A stretch of 64,000 nucleotides of DNA, taken from positions 62,867 through 126,866 of the forward strand of contig CAVQCO010000004.1 in the NCBI GenBank assembly GCA_963711065.1. Direction: 5' to 3'. The stretch comes from an uncultured Acidimicrobiaceae bacterium (GTDB lineage: Bacteria > Actinomycetota > Acidimicrobiia > Acidimicrobiales > RAAP-2). The notes under the pieces were generated by a model, which ran no database searches, was not told the origin of the DNA, and saw nothing but the letters and a program-made list of their open reading frames with translations. The position numbers and the translations under genes are program-made. This document shows, piece by piece, positions 10,275 to 19,319 of this stretch. How positions within the stretch are numbered: the stretch's first letter is position 1; each line of letters starts with the position of its first letter.

Positions 10275-10703
10275 CGGGCACCTCCCACTCGAGTGTCTGC
10301 GAGCGTAACGCCCCCGGCCCGAACGGGGCGGTGAAGAGTTCATCTGCAGCACACTTGTTGGTTGCACCGGTTTCACAGCACGTTTACCTCGGCTCCGTAG
10401 CGTGACCCCTTATGGCGACAGCTGATCAGCGTATGGATCACACCGGCCGGGATGCCCGTTCCGCACCCGTCGTCGGTCGCCATCACGGCCAGGGCCACCT
10501 GGCCGAGGTCATCATGATCCGACCGGCGCGCTCACACCGTTCCGGGTTTTTCGGATCGTTGGTCACCGTGGCGCGGGTATTCGCCTCCCCGCGCTTCCAG
10601 GCGACGTCGGTGCGATCGACCCCCCGTCCGCCGTCGTCGCCTGCCCCTCTCACGTTGCCCTCGCCCCGGGTCCCTCACGACGCTGCCTGAGGCTGACCAC
10701 GGC

Positions 10704-11450
10704 GTGGCCATCGCAAACGCACCGGCAACCAACGGCCGGCCTCCGGGCACGGGGCCCTCGCGGGACAACCGTCCCCTCGTGCTCGTGGTCGACGACGAGG
10801 AGTCCTACCGTCAGGCCCTCGCGTCGGGCCTGACGCGAGAGGGTTTCACCGTCGAGAGCGCAGGCGACGGGCACGAGGCGCTGCGCCTGTTCCACCGGGT
10901 GCACCCCGACCTGGTGCTCCTCGACGTCATGCTGCCCGACCAGTCGGGCATCGAAATCTGCCAGCAGATGCGGAGCCTCAAGCCGGTGCCCATCATCATG
11001 GTCACCGCACGCGACTCCGAGGTCGACATCGTGCTCGGCCTGGAGCTCGGCGCCAGCGACTACGTGGCCAAGCCGTTCCGCCTCCGCGAGCTGGTGGCCC
11101 GCATGCGGGCCGTGCTGCGACGCGGCGTGGCCGTGGCCGAGCACCACGAGGAGGTGCTCTCCGTCGGGCCGGTCCGCCTCGACGCCGGCCGCCGCGAGGT
11201 TACGGTGAGCGAGGTCCCCGTCGACCTCTCCCGCAAGGAGTTCGACCTCCTGGCCCTGCTCATGTCCCACAGCGGCCAGGTCGTCACCCGGGACTGGTGC
11301 ATCGACCGGCTGTGGTGGGACCAGGAGCTGACCGACACCCGCACCCTCGACACCCACATCAAGCGGCTGCGGCGCAAGATCGAGCCCGACCCGGCCAACC
11401 CGCGCCATCTGGTCACGGTGCGGGGTGTCGGGTTCCGCTTCGAGGCCTAG
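10704..11450 (+). CDS. OmpR/PhoB-family response regulator (no adjacent kinase)
   Basis: Receiver (VLVVDDE..DLVLLDVMLPD) plus winged-helix output (VRGVGFRF). Confidence 0.9.
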   Translation: MAIANAPATNGRPPGTGPSRDNRPLVLVVDDEESYRQALASGLTREGFTVESAGDGHEALRLFHRVHPDLVLLDVMLPDQSGIEICQQMRSLKPVPIIMVTARDSEVDIVLGLELGASDYVAKPFRLRELVARMRAVLRRGVAVAEHHEEVLSVGPVRLDAGRREVTVSEVPVDLSRKEFDLLALLMSHSGQVVTRDWCIDRLWWDQELTDTRTLDTHIKRLRRKIEPDPANPRHLVTVRGVGFRFEA

Positions 11451-11488
11451 CCCAGGCACACCGAGGCCCTTCGCTCTACATTGAGCGG

Positions 11489-11947
11489 ATGCGCACAGGT
11501 GACGTCGTCCCCGATTTCGAGCTCCCCGACCAGACGGGGACGCCCCGGACGCTGAGCGGGTTCCTGGCGGACGGCCCGGTCGTCCTCTTCTTCTACCCGG
11601 CCGCCATGACCTACGGCTGCACGAAGGAGAGCTGCCACTTCCGCGACCTGGCGGCCGAGTTCGCCGCCGTCGGCGCCCAACCGGTCGGCATCAGCGCCGA
11701 CACGGTGGACAAACAGAAGCGCTTCGACGAGAAGGAGTCGCTGGGCTTCCCGCTGCTGTCCGACCACGAGCGCGTGGTGGCGGCGCAGCTCGGCGCGAAG
11801 CGCGGCCCGAACTTCTTGCCCAACAAGCGGATCACCTTCGTCATCGACACCGACCGCACGCTGCTCGACGTCATCCACTCGGAGGTGTCGATGGGCTCCC
11901 ACGCCGACAAGGCCCTCGCCCTCCTGAAGGCGCGCCGCGCTGCCTGA
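11489..11947 (+). CDS. bcp: peroxiredoxin, Bcp-type
   Basis: MRTGDVVPDFELPDQ.., peroxidatic Cys context YPAAMTYGCTKESC. ATG 11489 lies within ORF 11297..11947. Confidence 0.88.
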   Translation: MRTGDVVPDFELPDQTGTPRTLSGFLADGPVVLFFYPAAMTYGCTKESCHFRDLAAEFAAVGAQPVGISADTVDKQKRFDEKESLGFPLLSDHERVVAAQLGAKRGPNFLPNKRITFVIDTDRTLLDVIHSEVSMGSHADKALALLKARRAA

Positions 11948-12761
11948 GCGCGCCGTCGTCGTCACCGGCGCGGCCTCGGGGATCGGGGCGGCCACCGCGA
12001 CCCGGCTGCGCGCCGCGGGCTGGCACGTGGTGGGTGTCGACAAGGACGACACCGACGTGGTGGCCGACCTCGGGACCACCGCCGGGCGGGCCCGGGCGGT
12101 CGCCGAGGCGGCCGAGCGCTGCGGCGGGTCCCTGGCCGGCGTCGTCACCTGCGCCGGGCTGGCCGGAGCCCCGAGCCGGGCCGGGTCGCTGCTGGCGGCA
12201 GTGAACTACTTCGGGACGGTCGACGTCCTCGACGGCCTGCGCCCGCTGCTCGCCCCGGGGGGCGCCGCGGTCGCCATCAGCTCGAACTCGACGACCGTGC
12301 AACCGGCCATCCCGGCGGACCTCGTGGAAGCCTGCCTGGCGCACGACGAGGAGCTGAGCGCGCGCATCGCCGACGCCCGCGGCTCCCTGGTGGCCTACCC
12401 CGCCACCAAGTTGGCGGTCGCCCACTGGGTCAGGCGCCAGGCGACGAGTGGCGCGTGGGCCGGCGCGGGTCTCCGGCTGAACGCGATCGCGCCGGGCATG
12501 ATCGACACTCCGATGGTGGCCGGCATGCGGGCCGACCCCGAGACGGGCCCGCTGCTCGACCTGCTGCCGATCCCGCTCGGGCGGCCCGGTCGCCCCGAGG
12601 AGATCGCCGCTCTGGTCGAGTTCCTGCTCGGCCCGGACGGATCGTTCTTCTGCGGGTCGGTCGTGTTCTGCGACGGCGGCAGCGACGCGCTCCTGCGCAC
12701 CCGGGACTGGCCCGCTGCGTGGGACATCTCCGTGCGCGACCTCGGCCAGCAGCTGTCCTGA
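11940..12761 (+). CDS. short-chain dehydrogenase/reductase (SDR)
   Basis: The Rossmann motif VTGAASGIGAA is encoded at 11955-11990, upstream of the first ATG/GTG of the ORF (12027/12021). The only in-frame start-like codon after the stop at 11925-11927 is CTG 11940. Confidence 0.7.
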   Translation: MPERAVVVTGAASGIGAATATRLRAAGWHVVGVDKDDTDVVADLGTTAGRARAVAEAAERCGGSLAGVVTCAGLAGAPSRAGSLLAAVNYFGTVDVLDGLRPLLAPGGAAVAISSNSTTVQPAIPADLVEACLAHDEELSARIADARGSLVAYPATKLAVAHWVRRQATSGAWAGAGLRLNAIAPGMIDTPMVAGMRADPETGPLLDLLPIPLGRPGRPEEIAALVEFLLGPDGSFFCGSVVFCDGGSDALLRTRDWPAAWDISVRDLGQQLS

Positions 12762-12811
12762 TCACCTCCGCCGGGCGCCTCCCGCGCGACGGCCGACCAT
12801 AGGCTTCCCCC

Positions 12812-14056
12812 ATGCCGGGCCGGATCCTGGTGGACACCACCCCGCTGCGGCAGAGCCGAGACTTCCGGCTCCTCTTCACGGGACAGCTCATCTCCATGCT
12901 CGGGACGCAGCTGACCGTGGTCGCCATCCCGTACCAGGTCTACTCCATGACCCACTCCTCGCTGCAGGTGGGGGCCATCAGCCTGGCCCAGCTCTTCCCC
13001 TTCCTCGCCGGCGCGCTCTCCGCCGGGCCCATCGGCGACACCGTGGACCGGCGCCGCATCATGGTGTGGACCGCAGCGGGCATGACGGTGACCAGCGCGG
13101 CCATGGCCGTCAACGCCGCGCTGGCCCATCCGTCCCTCGTCGCGCTCTACGTCGTCAGCTCCCTGGCGGCTGGGCTCATGGGCTTCTCCAACACCGCGCG
13201 CATGGCCTCGGTGCCGGGCATGGTCGAGCGTCGCCATCTGGCGGCGGCCGCGGCCATGATGCAGATCGTCTTCCAGGTCGGCGTCATCGTGGGACCGGCG
13301 CTCTCGGGCGTGCTGCTCGGCATCGGCCTCCCGCTCGTCTACGCCCTCGACGGTGTCTCCTTCGTGGTGGCTACCGTGACCTCGGCTCTCCTCCGCCCGA
13401 TCCCGCCGACCGAGCATGCGGGGCGGCTGTCGCCTTGGCAATCGACCAAGGAGGGGGTGCGCTACCTGCGCACCCGTCAGGCGCTCCAGGGCGTCTACCT
13501 GATCGACATCAACGCCATGGTGTTCGGCATGCCCCGCGCGCTGTTCCCCGCGATGGCCGGCGCCGTGTTCGGCGGCGGGACCGTCACCTTGGGCTTCCTC
13601 TACGCCGCGCCGGGCGTCGGGGCGCTCGTCGGCGCGGTGACCACGGGCTGGGTCGCCAACCTGCGCCGCCAGGGGTGGGCGGTGATCGTGGCGGTCTCCG
13701 TGTGGGGCGCCGCCATCGCCCTCTTCGGCCTCGTCGACACGCTGTGGGTCGGCCTCGCCCTCCTAGCCGTGGCCGGATGGGCCGACGTGATCTCCGCGGT
13801 GCTGCGCAACACCATGCTGCAGACCACGGTCCCCGAGCGCCTGCGGAGCCGGATGTCCTCCATCCAGATGGCCGTCGTCCAGGGCGGCCCGCGCCTCGGC
13901 GACCTGGAGTCGGGCGCGGTGGCGACGTTGACCAGCATCGAGTTCTCGGTGGTCTCGGGTGGGCTCGCCTGCATCGCGGGCGCCGCCGTCATCGGCGCGC
14001 TCCTCCCGCTCTTCCGCCACCACGTGGCGGGCGAAGTCGACGACGTCCCCGTATGA
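12812..14056 (+). CDS. MFS transporter
   Basis: 414 aa with about 12 predicted TM helices and an EntS/DUF894-like N-terminus (FRLLFTGQLISMLGTQ). Confidence 0.85.
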   Translation: MPGRILVDTTPLRQSRDFRLLFTGQLISMLGTQLTVVAIPYQVYSMTHSSLQVGAISLAQLFPFLAGALSAGPIGDTVDRRRIMVWTAAGMTVTSAAMAVNAALAHPSLVALYVVSSLAAGLMGFSNTARMASVPGMVERRHLAAAAAMMQIVFQVGVIVGPALSGVLLGIGLPLVYALDGVSFVVATVTSALLRPIPPTEHAGRLSPWQSTKEGVRYLRTRQALQGVYLIDINAMVFGMPRALFPAMAGAVFGGGTVTLGFLYAAPGVGALVGAVTTGWVANLRRQGWAVIVAVSVWGAAIALFGLVDTLWVGLALLAVAGWADVISAVLRNTMLQTTVPERLRSRMSSIQMAVVQGGPRLGDLESGAVATLTSIEFSVVSGGLACIAGAAVIGALLPLFRHHVAGEVDDVPV

Positions 14057-14063
14057 TCCGCTC

Positions 14064-14834
14064 GTGCCCGACACCTTCGCGGAACCGACGTGGGGCGAGG
14101 TCGACCCGGCGGCCCTGGCGCGCATCGTGGTGCTCTCCCCTCATTTCGACGACGCCGCCATGGGGGCGGGCCACCTCATCTCGAGCTACGGCGACACGAC
14201 GGTCGTCACGGTGCTCGGCGGCCGCCCGCCCGCCTACCCCACCGAACCCTCGGACTGGGACGCCCTGGGGGGCTTCGTCGCCGGGGACGACGTGGTCGCC
14301 GTACGGCGCGAGGAGGACGTCGCGGCCATGGCGGTCCTCGAGTCGGGCTACCGCTGGCTCGAGTTCTCCGACCACCAGTACCTGGCCCCCGAGGACCGCC
14401 CGACCCCGGCCGAGGTGGCGCCCGTCGTCGCGGCCACCCTGGCCGAGCTCGAGCCGACGGCGGTGTTCGTGCCCATGGGTCTCGGCAACCCCGACCACGT
14501 GATGGTCCACGAGGCCGGCCTCGTCGTGCGCGGTCAGCGGCCCGACCTCGAGTGGTTCTGCTACGAGGACCACGGCTACAAGCACATCCCGGGGCTCCTC
14601 GCCTGGCGCGTGGCCAAGCTCCTCCGCTCGCACCCCTGGCCGACCCCCGCCATCGTCCCGCACGTCCCCGACGAGGAGCGCAAGCGCCGCGCCATCTGGT
14701 GCTACACCTCACAGATCCCGCCGCTCGAGCGCGACCACGCGTTGACCGCGCGCATGGAGGGACGAGTCCCCGAGCAGTTCTGGCGGCTGGCGCCGCCGCC
14801 GCCGGGCTGGGAGGGGCTGGCCGACTTCATCTGA
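14064..14834 (+). CDS. PIG-L/LmbE-family deacetylase
   Basis: VLSPHFDDAAMGAG motif. GTG 14064 lies in frame within ORF 13959..14834. Confidence 0.8.
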   Translation: MPDTFAEPTWGEVDPAALARIVVLSPHFDDAAMGAGHLISSYGDTTVVTVLGGRPPAYPTEPSDWDALGGFVAGDDVVAVRREEDVAAMAVLESGYRWLEFSDHQYLAPEDRPTPAEVAPVVAATLAELEPTAVFVPMGLGNPDHVMVHEAGLVVRGQRPDLEWFCYEDHGYKHIPGLLAWRVAKLLRSHPWPTPAIVPHVPDEERKRRAIWCYTSQIPPLERDHALTARMEGRVPEQFWRLAPPPPGWEGLADFI

Positions 14835-14849
14835 GCGGGCGCGCAACGA

Positions 14850-14874
14850 CCCGCCCGGGGGGAGTACGGGCGGG
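14850..14874 (+). terminator. GC-rich hairpin after the PIG-L gene
   Basis: CCCGCCCG (14850-14857) pairs with CGGGCGGG (14867-14874) across a 9-nt loop. There is no U-tract. Confidence 0.35.
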
Positions 14875-15236
14875 CCGTCCGCAGGACCCCAGTGACCGCT
14901 GAGGTGTTGGCTGTCCGACAAGACCCAGTGCCGGCCCGGGGGGGGGTCGACTCGGCTCCTGGGCGCTCCCCTCCTCACACGGCCCGGTGTCCTCTGAGCC
15001 GATTGTGAGCCGAGGTGGCGCGGGGCGCAAGGGGCCGGGGGAAGAGTTCACGGACCTGCAACGACCCCGAAACAGCGCCAAAGGGCCACAACGAGTCACC
15101 CGGTGGACCGCGGGGCGGAGCGGGCGCTCGATTCCCCCCTTCACGAGGCCTCCAACGGGTATTCGACGCGGAAAACCCTCGCGAAGAGGGTATTTCTGCC
15201 CTAGCGACCACCGGGTGCCCGGCGCACGATCCAGGG

Positions 15237-15560
15237 ATGGTCATGTACGCAGACCTCCTCACGCGGGCCCTTGGCAAAGGTGAGGAAGGGCGCAGGTCCG
15301 ACGACCTGCTGCGAGCCGATCTCGTGCACTCCCGGGCCAGGCTTCAGGCGATCGAAGGGGAGAGGCGGACCCCGGTCGCCGAGGCTCTGGCCCGGGAGCT
15401 GGCGTATGACGGGGCCCTCATCAGGCTCTGCGCGTCCCTGGACATCCCGACCAGCCCGGCCTCGTTCGCACACCCGCTGCGCGAACGCGCCCGTCTAGAG
15501 CGTGAACTCGCCGCCCGGGGCGTCGACCTGTCGCCCAAGCTCGCGGCGCAGCTCGCCTAG
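15237..15560 (+). CDS. hypothetical protein
   Basis: 107-aa C-terminal part of ORF 15015..15560 starting MVMYADLL. The upstream part of the ORF looks non-coding. The stop TAG lies in the IS target-site duplication. Confidence 0.4.
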   Translation: MVMYADLLTRALGKGEEGRRSDDLLRADLVHSRARLQAIEGERRTPVAEALARELAYDGALIRLCASLDIPTSPASFAHPLRERARLERELAARGVDLSPKLAAQLA

Positions 15561-15578
15561 CTACTTCCCCCTGAAAAA
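15561..15578. repeat. IS terminal inverted repeat (left)
   Basis: CTACTTCCCCCTGAAAAA. Its reverse complement matches 17140-17157 at 17 of 18 positions. Confidence 0.8.
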
Positions 15579-15672
15579 CCCGAAGTGAGGCTGGGCCCTC
15601 CCGTGCATCGCCTGCATCTTGCTGTTCAGTGATTTCTGATTCCGATCCTGGTGGCGGTGGGTCCGATTCGCC

Positions 15673-17058
15673 CTATTCGGAGGTTGTCAGTGCTCCGATC
15701 TTCACCAGGTTGTGGTTGAAGACCCCGTAACCGCACCAGGTGCGTGCTCCTTCGATCCCGTCGATCTGGGTCTTGCTCCAACCGAAGTCCCGTTTGAGGC
15801 AGCTGATCCGGCCTTCGCTCCCCGTTCTCCACTTCACCAGGCGCTGGAACTGCGCTCGACTCTCGACGGCGCGCCGTGGCGCACTCGGTTTGCCCTTCGT
15901 CGGAAGGACGACAGTGCGTACTCCGAGAGCGCTGAGCTGTTCTGCGACGGCGTTCTCCCCGTAGCCGCGATCAGCGGTGACCGCCGAGGGCATTCGCCTT
16001 GCCCGCCGGGCCACGCGCTCGACCGCGGGGACCAGCATCGGCGCATCGGGCGGGTTGCCGACCTCGACGTTGTGGTCGAGCACCACGCCGTCCTCGTTGT
16101 CGACGACCTGGGCCTTGTAGCCGAACTCGACGGGCTTGCCGAGCCGCCCCTTGCGGATCGGGCGGGCGTCGGGGTCATGGAGCGACACCAACCTGGTCGC
16201 TCCGTCGGGAACTTCGCCACCGAGACGCTTCTCTGTCTGTTCGGCGATCCGCGCGACCCGATCGGCGGTGATCTCCAAGTCGCCAACGATCGAGCAGAGC
16301 TTCCTCGGGGCGCCGTGACCGAGGCGCCTGAGCGCCCGACGAGCGTTCGTCGCCACTTGCCGGGCCTCGTCGACAGCCCTCCGTGCGATGCGGACCATCT
16401 CGGCGTTGATGGCCATGACCTCGTCTTTTGCCTCGCCGCTGCGTCGTCGAAGGTTGGCGCCGATGGAGCGGGCCCGGGCCCGCATCATCCGGGTCCGGTC
16501 CCGCGACCTGGTCCGAGACGCCAGTCCGGCACCCTTGAGCTTCTCGATGGCCTTGGCCATCTTGGCCACGCCCTTGGCCATCAGGCCCGAGTCCGTCGGA
16601 TAGGCGACATTGGCGGGGACCACCGTGGTGTCGGCGCGGACCTTGTTGGTCTTCAACACCTTGGCCGCCTCCGCCTTGGCCAGCAGCGCCTCGTTCAGGC
16701 CTTCGACCGCTGATGGCCCGCAGCGGGTGGTGATCTTCATCAAGGTGCTCGGGTGCGGCACCGCCGTGCCCAACGGGATCCGACAAAAGCGCTGCCACGA
16801 GATCGAATCGGCGACCTCGCGGCACAAGGGCTCGAAGCCCAGGCGGTAGCGGTACTTCAAGAACATCAGACGGAGATAGGTCTCGATCGGCACCGACGGG
16901 CGCCCAAGGGCAGCGTGGAAGTGCGCCCGGAACGGGTCGAAGAAGGCGGGATCGTCGAGCAGGCGGTCGACCGTCTCGAGCTCGGCGGGCATCCCGAGGC
17001 ACATCTCGGGGAGGATCGCTTCCCACAACGTGGGCTGCGCGTTTACAGTTCTCAACAC
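15673..17058 (-). CDS. IS5/IS1182-family DDE transposase
   Basis: 461 aa. The N-terminus resembles the DUF772-type transposase domain (TLWEAILPE..YLRLMFLKYRY). The C-terminus has DDE-region signatures (TADRGYGE.., RTGSEGRISCLKRDFGW). Confidence 0.9.
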   Translation of the reverse strand: MLRTVNAQPTLWEAILPEMCLGMPAELETVDRLLDDPAFFDPFRAHFHAALGRPSVPIETYLRLMFLKYRYRLGFEPLCREVADSISWQRFCRIPLGTAVPHPSTLMKITTRCGPSAVEGLNEALLAKAEAAKVLKTNKVRADTTVVPANVAYPTDSGLMAKGVAKMAKAIEKLKGAGLASRTRSRDRTRMMRARARSIGANLRRRSGEAKDEVMAINAEMVRIARRAVDEARQVATNARRALRRLGHGAPRKLCSIVGDLEITADRVARIAEQTEKRLGGEVPDGATRLVSLHDPDARPIRKGRLGKPVEFGYKAQVVDNEDGVVLDHNVEVGNPPDAPMLVPAVERVARRARRMPSAVTADRGYGENAVAEQLSALGVRTVVLPTKGKPSAPRRAVESRAQFQRLVKWRTGSEGRISCLKRDFGWSKTQIDGIEGARTWCGYGVFNHNLVKIGALTTSE

Positions 17059-17139
17059 GATGGCCTCGATCCGTACTAGTCCTACGGTTCGGGGCCATCC
17101 TTATCGATCGACGCTCAAATCGCGAGCATCTACGGCGAC

Positions 17140-17157
17140 TTTTTCAGGGGAAAGTAG
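17140..17157. repeat. IS terminal inverted repeat (right)
   Basis: TTTTTCAGGGGAAAGTAG, the partner of 15561-15578. Confidence 0.8.
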
Positions 17158-17667
17158 CTAGGCCGACGTCGCGACGGCCGGCGCCTTCTTGGGCGCCCCG
17201 CCGTGGCGGGCGACGCTCAGCGAGCGGATCAACACCTTGGAGCTGAGCGGGCCAGCCACCACCTGGCAGTCCGGGACCTCCTCGGCCCAGTGGGCGGCGC
17301 TCCGCCTGGGAGTCACGACCACGACGGGCGTCTCGGCCGCCTGCGCATCGAGGGCTCGCACGACCTCCCCGCAGGTGGGGCTACTCAGGTCCAGCGCGCT
17401 CACCACGGCGTCGGCCCGGTCCACGAGCGGGCAGTGCCCGGTGGCCGACAGGGCACACTCGGGGGAGAACCCGCCCTGGGGCCCCGGGCACCAGGACATG
17501 CGATAGCCGTGGCGCCGCAGCAGCTTCCACGCGGCATGCGCCTCCGCCCCGTCGGGCGACTCGAAGAGCACCAGGGGCCGGTGCTCGTGCCCGGAGGGCG
17601 TGGCGTCGTCCGGCCACGTACGTGCGAAGTCCTGGCCGAGCGGGCGACGCATGAAGTTCCAGAACAT
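17158..17667 (-). CDS. hypothetical Cys-rich protein
   Basis: 169 aa from ATG 17667, preceded by AAGGGAGG. Only this C-terminal part of the 420-aa ORF looks coding. It has four Cys residues and is divergent from the Rrf2 gene. Confidence 0.5.
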   Translation of the reverse strand: MFWNFMRRPLGQDFARTWPDDATPSGHEHRPLVLFESPDGAEAHAAWKLLRRHGYRMSWCPGPQGGFSPECALSATGHCPLVDRADAVVSALDLSSPTCGEVVRALDAQAAETPVVVVTPRRSAAHWAEEVPDCQVVAGPLSSKVLIRSLSVARHGGAPKKAPAVATSA

Positions 17668-17723
17668 GGCGGCCTCCCTTCGCCGTGTCCGCCGGGGCCG
17701 GCACGACCATCCATATCTCTTGT

Positions 17724-17737
17724 TTCTACACTTAGAA
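17724..17737. promoter_or_regulatory. candidate operator in the AT-rich divergent promoter region
   Basis: TTCTA-CACT-TAGAA inverted repeat inside the only AT-rich stretch (17705-17750) between the divergent genes. Confidence 0.3.
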
Positions 17738-17802
17738 TATAGAGAATCACCTCCCGAGTCAAGGCTCCCCGCCGGAGCCGCCCGGGGCGAGAATGAGGGC
17801 AG

Positions 17803-18270
17803 ATGAAGCTGACACCGACGAACCGGACGGACTACGGCATCCGTGCCCTCATCTACCTGGCCAACCACCAGGGGTCCCACGCCAAGGCGGCCGACATCGG
17901 CGCCGCCATGGACATCCCGACCGGGTTCCTCCAGCAGGTGCTCCAGGAGCTGCAGCGGGCCCGGCTCGTCAGCTCGCGTTCGGGTCCGGCCGGCGGCTAC
18001 CTGCTGGCGCGTGCGCCCGATGACATCACCATCCTGGAGATCGTCGAGACGCTGGAGGGACCGATCCAGACCTCGGAGTGCGCGCTGCGGGGCGGGCCGT
18101 GCCACTGGGACGACGTGTGCGCCATGCACTGGGTGTGGTCGTCGGCCCGCGCCGCGCTGAGCGACAGCCTGCGCGGCGCCACGCTGGCCCGGGTGGCCGC
18201 CGACGATCTGGCTCTGGCCGAGGGGTCCCTCGCCGCCCCAGCCGACTCGCACCGCCGCCCTCGCAGCTGA
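17803..18270 (+). CDS. Rrf2-family transcriptional regulator (Fe-S type Cys triad)
   Basis: N-terminus MKLTPTNRTDYGIRALIYLA and a wHTH domain. Cys triad C-x6-C-x5-C (ECALRGGPCHWDDVC). Confidence 0.9.
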   Translation: MKLTPTNRTDYGIRALIYLANHQGSHAKAADIGAAMDIPTGFLQQVLQELQRARLVSSRSGPAGGYLLARAPDDITILEIVETLEGPIQTSECALRGGPCHWDDVCAMHWVWSSARAALSDSLRGATLARVAADDLALAEGSLAAPADSHRRPRS

Positions 18271-18304
18271 GACCCCGGCCCGCGACCCGTCACTAGAGTC
18301 GGCG

Positions 18305-19318
18305 GTGGTGGCCGCGGACGACGAGCGCACGGTGGAGGTCGACGGCCGCGAGCTGCGCGTCTCGCGTCCCGACAAGGAGTACTTCCCCGCCCTCGGGGCC
18401 ACCAAGTTCGACCTCGTCACCTACTACCTCGAGGTGGGCACGCACCTGCTCAACACCGCCGGGGGCAGGCCGGCCATGCTGCAGCGCTTCCCCGACGGCG
18501 CCGCCGGGAAGTCCTTCTACCAGAAGCGCATCCCCAACGGCGCGCCCGACTGGCTGCAGTCCACCACCGTGTCCACCCCCAACGGCACCACCTCGAACGC
18601 GCTCGTGGTGGCCGACCTGGCGCACGTCGTGTGGGCGGTCAACATCGGCTGCCTGGGGCTCCATCTGTGGCCGTACCTCGCGGCGGACCCCGCTCACGCC
18701 GACGAGCTGCGCATCGACCTCGACCCCACCAAGGGCATCGGCTTCGACGAGGTGCGCGGCGCCGCGCTCCTGTGCCGGGACCTGCTCGACGAGCTCGGCC
18801 TGCGCGGCTATCCCAAGACGACCGGCAGCAACGGGCTGCACGTCTACCTCCGGCTGGCGCCGCACTGGGACTCGGTGCAGGTCCGCGCCGCCGCGGTGGC
18901 TCTCGCCCGCGAGCTCGAGCGGCGCCATCCCGCCCAGATCACCGCCAACTGGTGGAAGGAGGAGCGGGGCACCCGCGTCTTCGTCGACTTCAACCAGAAC
19001 GCGCCGCACAAGACGGTGTTCGGCGCGTGGTTCGCGCGGCCCCGCGTCGGCGGCCAGGTGTCGACGCCGCTCACGTGGGAAGAGGTCGAGACCGTGGTCC
19101 CCGACGAGTTGACCATCCGCACCGTCCCCGACCTCGTGCGCCGCCGCGGCGACCCGTGGGCCGACATCGCGGCGCGGCCCCAGTCGCTCGAGCCGCTGCT
19201 CGCCATGGCCGAGCGGGACAAGGCGGCCGGGCTGCACGATGCTCCCTGGCCGCCCCAGTACCCCAAGATGCCCGACGAGCCCCCCCGGGTCGCCCCGAGC
19301 CGGGCCAAGAAGGCCTGA
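18305..19318 (+). CDS. LigD-type primase-polymerase (PrimPol) domain protein
   Basis: Stand-alone LigD polymerase-domain signatures: ELRVSRPDKEYFP, FPDG..FYQK, TTGSNGLHVYLRL. Confidence 0.85.
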   Translation: MVAADDERTVEVDGRELRVSRPDKEYFPALGATKFDLVTYYLEVGTHLLNTAGGRPAMLQRFPDGAAGKSFYQKRIPNGAPDWLQSTTVSTPNGTTSNALVVADLAHVVWAVNIGCLGLHLWPYLAADPAHADELRIDLDPTKGIGFDEVRGAALLCRDLLDELGLRGYPKTTGSNGLHVYLRLAPHWDSVQVRAAAVALARELERRHPAQITANWWKEERGTRVFVDFNQNAPHKTVFGAWFARPRVGGQVSTPLTWEEVETVVPDELTIRTVPDLVRRRGDPWADIAARPQSLEPLLAMAERDKAAGLHDAPWPPQYPKMPDEPPRVAPSRAKKA

Positions 19319-19319
19319 G

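Larger units (their letters stand above)
15561..17157 (-). mobile_element. IS5/IS1182-like insertion sequence (1597 bp) flanked by a CTAG target-site duplication
   Basis: Single DDE transposase ORF. Terminal inverted repeats of 18 bp have 1 mismatch. CTAG is present at 15557-15560 and at 17158-17161. GC content is visibly lower than the flanks. Confidence 0.85.

Noticed and set aside
15110-15145. tRNA-like T-arm sequence (GGGCGCTCGATTCCCCCC) that could mark a tRNA gene or an integrase att site.
   Set aside because: The flanking bases do not pair into a T-stem. No acceptor, D or anticodon arms can be drawn, and no integrase is nearby.
15237-18270. Possibility that the IS marks a larger genomic island or prophage.
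   Set aside because: Only one IS with its own target-site duplication is present. There are no integrase, tRNA, direct repeats or phage genes, and the flanking genes have host-like GC.
17158-18420. 420-aa ORF spanning the Rrf2 gene on the opposite strand.
   Set aside because: Only the last 169 codons, from an ATG with a strong RBS, look coding. The upstream part is antisense to the well-supported Rrf2 gene.
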